DNA of 57,525 bases from Ignavibacteria bacterium. GTDB taxonomy: Bacteria > Bacteroidota > Ignavibacteria > Tepidaquicellales > OLB5. The stretch is taken from positions 1-57,525 of the forward strand of contig JBEKSX010000003.1 in the NCBI GenBank assembly GCA_049516635.1, written 5' to 3'. The notes beneath the pieces were generated by a model that saw only the letters and a list, made by a program, of their open reading frames with translations, searched no databases and was not told where the DNA came from. A program made the translations under genes and the position numbers. Within the stretch, counting starts at the first letter, position 1, and the number at the start of each line of letters is the position of its first letter. Shown here piece after piece: positions 49,819 to 57,525 of the stretch.

Positions 49819-50608
49819 AAAAATATCTTTTGTCCTGTCTATAGCAGGATCGGATTCGGGTGCAGGTGCCGGTATTCAATCTGACATCAAGACTTTTCAT
49901 AATCACGGAGTCTTTGGATTGACTGCTCTAACAGCGGTTACGGCCCAGAACACACTGGGTGTTCAGAAGACGTTTGAATTACCACTCGAAATAATCGATG
50001 CACAGCTCAAGAGTCTGTTTGATGATTACGATATCACCGTAGTTAAAACAGGAATGCTCTCATCATCCAAAGTGGTAGAGATAGTATGTGAACATCTCAG
50101 AAACAAAGCAAACCTTAAGATCATTGTAGATCCGGTTATACTATCAAAGAACTCATTCACGCTTCTGAGCGAAAAGGGAATAGGGGTATTAAAATCGAAG
50201 CTGCTGCCCCTTTCATACCTGGTTACCCCAAATATTCACGAAGCCGAAGTGCTGTCAGGAATAAATATCGGGTCTGCGGAAGATATTGAAACTGCAGCGA
50301 AGGAGATATACAATTTCGGCTGCAAACACGTTCTAATTAAAGGCGGTCATTTAGAAAAAAAAACTGGAATAGCAAAGGGTACGGATATCTTATACAATGG
50401 AGAAAAATTTGCTCTTTTCAGTACAAAATTAGTAAAATCGAAACATACACACGGGATTGGCTGTGTATTGTCATCTGCCATAGCATCGAATCTTGCACTG
50501 GGCTATTCTTTGAAACGGTCTATTGCACTGGCTAAAGCATACATTGTAAAATCCCTTGAACGAACGCATAGTATTGGGAAAGGTTACGGTCCGGTTGAAC
50601 AGGTATAA
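49811..50608 (+). CDS. thiD: hydroxymethylpyrimidine/phosphomethylpyrimidine kinase ThiD
   Basis: IAGSDSGAGAGIQSD, TAQNT, VDPV, TPN..EA, KGGH, THGIGC. Confidence 0.95.
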   Translation: MPKKISFVLSIAGSDSGAGAGIQSDIKTFHNHGVFGLTALTAVTAQNTLGVQKTFELPLEIIDAQLKSLFDDYDITVVKTGMLSSSKVVEIVCEHLRNKANLKIIVDPVILSKNSFTLLSEKGIGVLKSKLLPLSYLVTPNIHEAEVLSGINIGSAEDIETAAKEIYNFGCKHVLIKGGHLEKKTGIAKGTDILYNGEKFALFSTKLVKSKHTHGIGCVLSSAIASNLALGYSLKRSIALAKAYIVKSLERTHSIGKGYGPVEQV

Positions 50609-51014
50609 AATAGAGGAATTGCTCAAGGAAGCAGAATTCAGATTCTCGCGAAGCAGCGGTAAGGGCGGTCAGAATGTAAACAAGGTCGAAACAAAAGCCG
50701 AGTTGATCTTTAATGTCAGGGATTCTTTAATGCTCGATGACGTACAAAAAGAGAAGATAATGAAACGTCTTGCGAACAGGGTCGATAAAGAAGGTAATTT
50801 GCGGATAGTATCTCAGACCGGAAGAACGCAATTATCAAATAGGAAGAACACTGTACAGAAATTTGTGAAATTGATATTTTCCGCGCTTCGGAAAGAAAAA
50901 AAGAGAATAAAGACCGAGCGTACGATATCATCAAGAGCTAAGATCCTCGATAAAAAAAAGAAACATAGCAAAAAGAAACGCGGAAGAGCATTTAGGGATT
51001 TTATTCTTGAATAA
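50595..51014 (+). CDS. arfB: alternative ribosome rescue peptidyl-tRNA hydrolase ArfB
   Basis: RSSGKGGQNVNKVET and basic C-terminal tail; start uncertain (TTG at 50595 or 50556). Confidence 0.9.
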   Translation: MNRYKIEELLKEAEFRFSRSSGKGGQNVNKVETKAELIFNVRDSLMLDDVQKEKIMKRLANRVDKEGNLRIVSQTGRTQLSNRKNTVQKFVKLIFSALRKEKKRIKTERTISSRAKILDKKKKHSKKKRGRAFRDFILE

Positions 51015-51023
51015 GCCCTCCTT

Positions 51024-52442
51024 TTACTTCAATAATACCATTCTTTTCGTTTCCGAGTAACTGCCAATAATAATTTTATAAAAATAAATCCCGCTTGTGT
51101 AATTTGATCCATCCCATGTAATTTCGTAGGTCCCCGGTTTCAGGTACTGGTTGACAAGGGTTGCAATATCACGGCCGAGGATATCATATAGAATCAACTT
51201 TACAGACACACCCTGCTCTGCTGGCACCCCTCTCGAGAGGGGAATATCAGGTACATCAATCTTTATCGTCGTTGATGGGTTGAAAGGATTCGGATAATTT
51301 TGGTATAGATTGTATTTAGATGGGATCTCGCCATTGTTCTTCGTAATTCCCGTAGTGGGAGAAAGAATTGAATACCAAATTTCCCCCGAGCTTGCTCCGC
51401 ACCAGGCTTTCATTCTTGAATAAATAGAGATTGAATTAAACCAGTTATTGCTCCCCTCTTCGACCACCCAGTTCAGCCCCGCATTAGTTGTGAACATTAT
51501 TGCACCTGTAACCGGTGTGCCGTGAATTGCCCAGCCGCTGTCTTGAGTTATGAATTCCATGTCATTTATTTGTGAATATGAATAGCCTGCAGCGGGGTTA
51601 TCCTGGAACGACCAGCTGTTTCCTCCATTTGTTGTTATGTATATATTCTTATGGTCAAGGTTGCTTCCCCCAATCCATCCGGTTTGCTGGTTAACGAAAG
51701 TAATGCATAACAACTCGTTTTGTCCATTGCTTACAGGTGGAATATTTGCGTAAAGATTTGTGTAATTTAATCCGCCGTTAGTAGATTTAAGCAGTGTATT
51801 TCTACCGGCGATCCAACCGTTATTAGCATCGAACCAGTATTGCGAATGAAGCTCGTTATTGTTATCGGTGGTTGCAACAATTTCTGTCCAGTTAGCTCCT
51901 GCGTTTGTTGTCCTGCAGATGAACGAATTGTAATTGATAGTTTTCCTCCCGATACCGAGTCCTGTATTGGCATCGAAAAAGTAGATACTATTGAGTACTC
52001 CTGCAACCGGAGGGGTATTTTGTTTGAACCAGTTAATACCGCTGTTTGTAGTTTTCCTTATCTGTACTGAGCCTCCAACTATCCAGCCGGTATTTCGATC
52101 TAAAAAGTATACTCCATTGTAAAGTGTAGAAAAATTTGTATCATTGAATGAAATTGTAATCCAGTTAAATCCGCTGTCAGTCGATCTTAATGCTCCGTTT
52201 CCGTTATGGCTGGCCCAGCCATAAAGAAAGTCTATGAAGAAAACTTTAATTATCTGGTAATTGACCGGGGTTTGGACCGGTTGCCATGTAAAAACGGGGG
52301 TATTTTCGGTCCCTTCACTAGTTTCAGAACTAGTCATTGACCAATATTGTGTTGCCGGATCGCAGCGATGCGGGCTATTTATTTGAGCTGATAAATATTG
52401 TTCGAAAGTTAATAGAATGAGCAGAGTAATGATTGTTCTCAT
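51024..52442 (-). CDS. secreted YCF48-like beta-propeller protein with T9SS sorting domain
   Basis: AAGGAG RBS, signal peptide, TTNxGxNW repeats, QNYPNPFNP CTD carrying an 11-aa insertion. Confidence 0.87.
   Translation of the reverse strand: MRTIITLLILLTFEQYLSAQINSPHRCDPATQYWSMTSSETSEGTENTPVFTWQPVQTPVNYQIIKVFFIDFLYGWASHNGNGALRSTDSGFNWITISFNDTNFSTLYNGVYFLDRNTGWIVGGSVQIRKTTNSGINWFKQNTPPVAGVLNSIYFFDANTGLGIGRKTINYNSFICRTTNAGANWTEIVATTDNNNELHSQYWFDANNGWIAGRNTLLKSTNGGLNYTNLYANIPPVSNGQNELLCITFVNQQTGWIGGSNLDHKNIYITTNGGNSWSFQDNPAAGYSYSQINDMEFITQDSGWAIHGTPVTGAIMFTTNAGLNWVVEEGSNNWFNSISIYSRMKAWCGASSGEIWYSILSPTTGITKNNGEIPSKYNLYQNYPNPFNPSTTIKIDVPDIPLSRGVPAEQGVSVKLILYDILGRDIATLVNQYLKPGTYEITWDGSNYTSGIYFYKIIIGSYSETKRMVLLK
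51206..51245. repeat. palindromic repeat inserted in frame in a coding region
   Basis: ACACACCCTGC..GGCACCCCTCTCGAGAGGGGAAT with perfect 16-bp palindrome at 51227-51242; encodes IPLSRGVPAEQGV. Confidence 0.7.
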
Positions 52443-52769
52443 ATTTTGACTCCTTCATTAAAAAATACTAAATAAAATTGAATGATAAAATACGTTTATA
52501 TCCTTAGATAATATCACTATTTCTCTTCTTTTTTAGATAGTTTTTGGAATTCTATTGATCCTGAATAAATATCTTTATTGCCTTAAAATGGGGATCCATA
52601 GCAGGAATTTACAAAATGTGTAGAATTTAGCTTGAATCAGCGTTAAAAAGATGATTAATATTGTCGATATTTCAATTAATGAAATACTTTAAGTGATAGT
52701 TTTTATATAAATTTAATCATTGTATATAATTAGAAATTTAACTTCATTATAGTATATATTACCCTTATT

Positions 52770-55526
52770 ATGAAAAGATTTACTACACCCCTTGTAATTC
52801 TTTTTTGTGCCGTATTATCCTCAAAATGCGACCAACCATATATATTTTATTATTTTAACCAAAAAATAATCCTCAAACGTGTATATACCTATATCCCTGT
52901 TAAGTTTAATGAGGGTACAGTTTTTACAAACACGGATATTCTTAGAAGTTCATTCGGGAATACTGCAGAATACATATATGATTTTACATCTTCACTCCAG
53001 GATAATACTCTTTCTAAAACCTATATAGTAAAAGTTAGAGATAATGCACCTTTAGATAATATTAGAAGCAGTATCAATGAACTTCTTAATTTTCCGAATG
53101 TTGAGAACGCGGGCATTGCTCTTAGATGGAACGATAGGGTTATACACCTCATGACGAATGAGATAATCGTAAAATTCAAAAAAAATGCAACTTCCTTTGA
53201 AATCGATAATCTCAACAGGTTATACAAAGCAAAGATAATAGAGAAAATCAACAATTTTGAAAATGTATATTTACTGGGCATCCAATCACGCGGTGAAGAT
53301 GGTCAGGATAATGCAATAGACGTATCGGCAAAGTATAACTTGACCCCTTTAGTTGATTTTGCACAACCTAATTTCATACGTCTGGGACTATTACTGCAGG
53401 TTCCAAACGATACCATGCTGCCGCACATGTGGAATATCAAAAATACAGGTAATAACCTGCCTCCCGGGGTGAATGGTGTACCGGGATGCGATCTGAATAT
53501 GGATTCCGCGTGGACCTTTATTACGGGAAACCCGCAGGTACTGGTGGGGATAGTCGATACAGGCACAGACACGACACATTACGATCTGCGCGGTAATCTT
53601 TGCAGCAGGGACCTATGGTATGACCCTCTTTATGAGGATGGGAACATACAGGACTGCAATTCTCACGGCACAGCTATGTGCGGTATAGCCGGAGCAATCG
53701 GTAATAATGTAGCCGGTATTGCAGGTATAGCATGGAAATGCAAGATCATGCCCATTAGGGTTTTCGATTGTGTAGGCAACACGAGTGACCTGATTCTGGC
53801 TAAGGGGCTCGATTGGGGATGGAGGCATGGGGCATCCGTTTTGAGCAACAGCTGGGGCGGAGGGATACCGACTCCCTTCGTCTCGCATAGTATACAGAAT
53901 GCTGTACATTTCGGGAGGAACGGAAAAGGAACAGTTGTTTTTGCCGCCACGGGTAACGATGATACAGGCTTAGTGCTGTATCCTTCTTCCATGCCTGAAG
54001 TGATAGCGGTCGGAGGGTTAAGTCCCTGCAACCAGCGAAAGAGCAAGACAAGCTGTGACGGGCAGAATGATTGGGGAGCAAATTACGGTGAGAACCTATC
54101 TATTGTTTCACCAACGCCGTTTATCGGTTGTACAACCATTTACGACGGGTGGAGTATCGGTTGTAACGGAACATCTTCCTCATGTCCTCAGGCAGCAGCT
54201 ATAGGAGCGTTAGTCCTTGCAAAAAATATTTATTTAACTGGGGATTCTGTTCGTATGGCAATTGAACAGGGTGCACGGAAGATCGGGAATTATTCTTACA
54301 ACATTCAAAAACCTAATGGTTTGTGGAATAATGAAATGGGCTACGGCAGGATAGATGCGATGCGTTCGCTGGCTTTAACACCACGTGGACCCGATTCTAT
54401 ATATGATCAAACACCGCCAATAATATCATTCTCAGCGCCGCAATCAGAATACTTAAAAGATGTTGTATCATTTACAGCTAACATTACTGATAACGAGAAG
54501 GTTGCTTCGGGTATGAACTTGCCCCGTTTATACTATTATACTACAGAAAACAGAACGATAAAGATCTTTGAAGGGATACCTTTATCCGATAATAATTATA
54601 CATTTACCCTGCCTAAGGTTGTTTATGAGGCTAAAATATATTATTATATAGCAGCACAAGATGCATCATCAAACAGAAATATTACTACATATCCCCTGGG
54701 CGGCGGCGGCATAAATCCTCCCGGTACAATTCCACCGCCGCGTTATATGTTCCTGCAAAATACAAATTATACTGATACATCTTTTTACAGCATAGATGTT
54801 CCTAAAATTGTTGATCCCGAGCATGAAGTTACTCTGTTATCGAATCTGAGCTGTCCTATAAGTAAGTCTGTATTAAAACTAAAATGTCTAATAATAATAG
54901 AACACGACTGGGTTCAGGATCTTAGTGTAAGCCTGACTTCACCGGCAGGAACGGAAATAGTCCTCACTACCGGAGTAGGATATGGTCAGAGTAATTACTT
55001 AAATACTGTTTTTGATGATTATGCAGAAAAATCGATAACGGATACAAGCAATAGAGGACCGTATACAGGATCTTTCAGGCCAATAGAGTCATTATGGCTT
55101 CTCAATGGTGAAAATTCTTATGGACAGTGGCATTTGAAAGTTGTGGATAACGGCAGGGGAGTGCATGGAAGCTTACTATACTGGAAATTATTTTTCAGGT
55201 TTTCCGACCGTGAAGAAATTGCATCTCCGCCTATGGCTTATCAATTAGTCGAAAACTACCCCAATCCTTTTAATTCCAGTACACGTATTGTTTTTAACTT
55301 ACCTCAGGCAGCAAAAACAAAAATAGTGATACATGATGTGCTCGGCAGGCAGGTAACAACTATACTCGATGAGTATCGTGAAGCTCAATATCGAGATTAT
55401 ATCGATTTTAATGCAAACGATGTGCTAGTTAACGACGGTAGGGGTTTAGCCAGCGGAGTATATTTTTATTCGTTGTATATTTTTGACAATCTGATAGATA
55501 CGAGAAAAATGGTTCTTTTAAAGTAG
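52770..55526 (+). CDS. S8 subtilase with proprotein-convertase P domain and T9SS sorting domain
   Basis: VDTG (Asp), SHGT (His), ATGN, NGTSSSCP (Ser); H.W..DL...L.SPAGT P-domain; ENYPNPFN CTD. Confidence 0.9.
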   Translation: MKRFTTPLVILFCAVLSSKCDQPYIFYYFNQKIILKRVYTYIPVKFNEGTVFTNTDILRSSFGNTAEYIYDFTSSLQDNTLSKTYIVKVRDNAPLDNIRSSINELLNFPNVENAGIALRWNDRVIHLMTNEIIVKFKKNATSFEIDNLNRLYKAKIIEKINNFENVYLLGIQSRGEDGQDNAIDVSAKYNLTPLVDFAQPNFIRLGLLLQVPNDTMLPHMWNIKNTGNNLPPGVNGVPGCDLNMDSAWTFITGNPQVLVGIVDTGTDTTHYDLRGNLCSRDLWYDPLYEDGNIQDCNSHGTAMCGIAGAIGNNVAGIAGIAWKCKIMPIRVFDCVGNTSDLILAKGLDWGWRHGASVLSNSWGGGIPTPFVSHSIQNAVHFGRNGKGTVVFAATGNDDTGLVLYPSSMPEVIAVGGLSPCNQRKSKTSCDGQNDWGANYGENLSIVSPTPFIGCTTIYDGWSIGCNGTSSSCPQAAAIGALVLAKNIYLTGDSVRMAIEQGARKIGNYSYNIQKPNGLWNNEMGYGRIDAMRSLALTPRGPDSIYDQTPPIISFSAPQSEYLKDVVSFTANITDNEKVASGMNLPRLYYYTTENRTIKIFEGIPLSDNNYTFTLPKVVYEAKIYYYIAAQDASSNRNITTYPLGGGGINPPGTIPPPRYMFLQNTNYTDTSFYSIDVPKIVDPEHEVTLLSNLSCPISKSVLKLKCLIIIEHDWVQDLSVSLTSPAGTEIVLTTGVGYGQSNYLNTVFDDYAEKSITDTSNRGPYTGSFRPIESLWLLNGENSYGQWHLKVVDNGRGVHGSLLYWKLFFRFSDREEIASPPMAYQLVENYPNPFNSSTRIVFNLPQAAKTKIVIHDVLGRQVTTILDEYREAQYRDYIDFNANDVLVNDGRGLASGVYFYSLYIFDNLIDTRKMVLLK

Positions 55527-55698
55527 CAGAATTTAAGAACAGTCCCATTGATAACCATTAATGATTTACGTGGTAGAAAGAGATTTTTCGGTATTTTTAA
55601 AAATTTTTTTAAATTTTTTATTTTAAATAACTTATAAATTAATAAACGTAATGCAATATTTATATAAAGTGTTACATTAAGTGTTATAAAATACGGTA

Positions 55699-55728
55699 TT
55701 GACAACAATATATGAATATTGTATTTTG
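55699..55728 (+). promoter_or_regulatory. sigma70-type promoter TTGACA-N17-TATTTTG
   Basis: Consensus spacing; overlaps the ORF-track ATG at 55712. Confidence 0.6.
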
Positions 55729-55748
55729 TTGTAGTTCGAGCTACGACA
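55727..55748. promoter_or_regulatory. palindromic operator candidate TGTTGTAG-N6-CTACGACA
   Basis: 7/8 inverted repeat covering the predicted transcription start of the TrmB gene. Confidence 0.5.
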
Positions 55749-55765
55749 ATTTACCAGAAGTCAAT

Positions 55766-56614
55766 ATGAAAGACGTAACTAAAAAAATAGAAGCATTAGG
55801 ATTTTCCACTTATGAGGCTAAGGTATTCTGGGTATTATATCAGGGATTTAGCATGTCAGCTGCCGACGTAGCTAAGGAAGCAAAAATTCCGAGACCTTCG
55901 GTATACGAGATACTTCGTTCATTCGCGCATAAAGGTATCTGTAATGAAGTTAAGACTCCTACCAAATTGTTGTATGAAATGGTTGACACGGATGTAATAC
56001 AAGATAAGATAGAGAATGACATTTATAAGACATATACAACAAAACAGCGTGATCTTAAGGAATGTTTTACTGAAATCAAACCATTATACAAATCAAAACG
56101 TCCACCTGAGTATAGAGTAGACGTCGAGTTAATCAAAGGTTATAACACACACAGACAATATAAGTTTTTGGATCTCATTAAAAATTCTAAACAAGCTATT
56201 CTGTTAATGAACCGCTTCGAAGGCAATGTTTCGCCCGATCTCGATGAAGAAGGAAAGAGGTTTTATTCGAGGGGTGGTAAGTTTAAATCAATTTACGAAA
56301 CAAGCAGTAACTTTAAAATTAAAATAAATGACAGGTGGCAGAACGTTACTCGTGAAAGTTTAATCAGTTTATGTGAATCGTTCGAAAAACAGGGAGAGGA
56401 GATAAAACTGCTGGATAATGTTCCGCAGATAATGGCAGTATTCGATCAAAAAATAGTTTATTTCAGATTGTTCGATGAATCCATACCAAAATCCGAAAGG
56501 TCCGATATTATAATAAAAAATAAAAAATTTGCAGAGTTTATAACTAACCTTTTCAATTTGTATTGGGACAAGGCAGATACATTAGAAAATTTTAAAAAAA
56601 TATTAACAAAATAA
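55766..56614 (+). CDS. TrmB family transcriptional regulator
   Basis: LGFSTYEAKVF..L, SAADVAKEAKIPRPSVYEILRS..KG HTH; start re-assigned to MKDV. Confidence 0.88.
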   Translation: MKDVTKKIEALGFSTYEAKVFWVLYQGFSMSAADVAKEAKIPRPSVYEILRSFAHKGICNEVKTPTKLLYEMVDTDVIQDKIENDIYKTYTTKQRDLKECFTEIKPLYKSKRPPEYRVDVELIKGYNTHRQYKFLDLIKNSKQAILLMNRFEGNVSPDLDEEGKRFYSRGGKFKSIYETSSNFKIKINDRWQNVTRESLISLCESFEKQGEEIKLLDNVPQIMAVFDQKIVYFRLFDESIPKSERSDIIIKNKKFAEFITNLFNLYWDKADTLENFKKILTK

Positions 56615-56642
56615 AAAAATATAATTTAGTAGGGGGCTATAA

Positions 56643-57525
56643 ATGAATAATTCTTACAATTTCTTCTTAAAGTTCTGTGTGAATTTCGTTTTCATTTGCT
56701 TATTTTCCGGTTTGGTATATTCACAGGGATCAGTTTCGGGGACTGTAATGTATAATGATAATAATCAACCGGTTTCAGCGGGTCACGTGAAAGCATACGA
56801 CCTGAATGGTATTGAGATAGCTAACACAACGATTAATCAGGACGGAAGCTATTTGTTTCTGAGTCTTCCTCCGATTGGGCTTGATATAATAGGTTTCCCT
56901 GATGATGAGCTTGGCGACTTCATAGCTACGTACCATCCGAATAAAGAGGATTGGGAAACTGCGGTTTCAATTTATCCATTTGTTAATCTAACTGATATCA
57001 ATATATATGTACAACGTTCGCCGGGACATTGCAGTCCGTTCAGTTCATATATCAATGGTACAATAACATCCGAAGGATTGCCTCTGAAGGATGCTGTGGT
57101 TTATGCAAAGGTAAATGGCGTATCTAGACAATGCGGAGTAACGGACGCAAATGGTAAATATAAGATAAACGGTCTTACCGAAGGCGATTACATACTGGTT
57201 GTCCACAGGATAGGATGTGTTTCCACTCAGACCTCGGTCAGTGTAAAATATCCGGGACTGGAAATGATTGATTTCAACCTGAACAAGGTGGTAAAGCCGA
57301 AGACCAATTCAATTATCAAAGAATTCAAATTAATGCAAAATTATCCGAATCCGTTCAACCCTTCAACAAAAATTTCATTTGACCTGCCCTGGGCGGGTAA
57401 TGTGAAGCTGACCGTATATAATTCACTTGGTCAGTTTGTGAAAGAGCTTTTAAACGAATATAAGGAAGCGGGTTCATATACAACAGAGTTTAACGCTAAT
57501 ACCCTTTCGAGCGGCGTGTATTTTT
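56643..57525 (+). CDS. secreted carboxypeptidase-regulatory-like domain protein with T9SS sorting domain (runs off window end)
   Basis: Not in the ORF track; MNNSYNFFLKF.. signal, SVSGTVMY, TDANGKYKINGL, in-frame QNYPNPFNP near 57336. Confidence 0.85.
   Translation, partial: MNNSYNFFLKFCVNFVFICLFSGLVYSQGSVSGTVMYNDNNQPVSAGHVKAYDLNGIEIANTTINQDGSYLFLSLPPIGLDIIGFPDDELGDFIATYHPNKEDWETAVSIYPFVNLTDINIYVQRSPGHCSPFSSYINGTITSEGLPLKDAVVYAKVNGVSRQCGVTDANGKYKINGLTEGDYILVVHRIGCVSTQTSVSVKYPGLEMIDFNLNKVVKPKTNSIIKEFKLMQNYPNPFNPSTKISFDLPWAGNVKLTVYNSLGQFVKELLNEYKEAGSYTTEFNANTLSSGVYF

Noticed and set aside
55712-55765. N-terminal extension MNIVFCCSSS of the TrmB ORF
   Set aside because: This ATG lies inside the predicted promoter spacer; the HTH homology begins at MKDV (55766)

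Overview
AT-rich bacterial chromosomal window, most likely from Ignavibacteriota (inferred from seven secreted proteins ending in the QNYPNPFNP-type T9SS/Por sorting domain, plus the overall gene content). Left to right: (1) 1-4.6 kb, six small co-oriented accessory genes separated by several families of short palindromic repeats; (2) three T9SS-type secreted proteins, an alpha/beta hydrolase and an atypical MIO-dependent ammonia-lyase; (3) an uncharacterised wHTH/helical protein divergent from a DUF1059-like, DUF2188-like and phospholipase D unit; (4) an 11 kb signalling cluster with two hybrid kinases sharing a duplicated REC-PAS module, a PAS/GAF HisKA_2 kinase and an NtrC-family activator with a degenerate Walker B, followed by candidate enhancer sites and a sigma54-like promoter; (5) housekeeping genes (rmuC, class IV aminotransferase, yjbQ, yggX, M61 peptidase, GT39-like transferase, MoxR, three M16 peptidases, pgsA-like, HU/IHF, ruvX, AlbA_2); (6) a TPP-riboswitch-controlled thiC-thiO-thiS-thiG-tenI/thiE-thiE-thiD-arfB operon; (7) more T9SS substrates and a TrmB-family regulator. 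I saw no rRNA, tRNA, CRISPR array, integrase or transposase. The most novel-looking signal is a set of nested REP-like hairpins: short CCTG-tagged hairpins inserted into other hairpins, and one repeat inserted in frame into a T9SS sorting domain. All protein calls come from motif recognition by eye; no database search was run.
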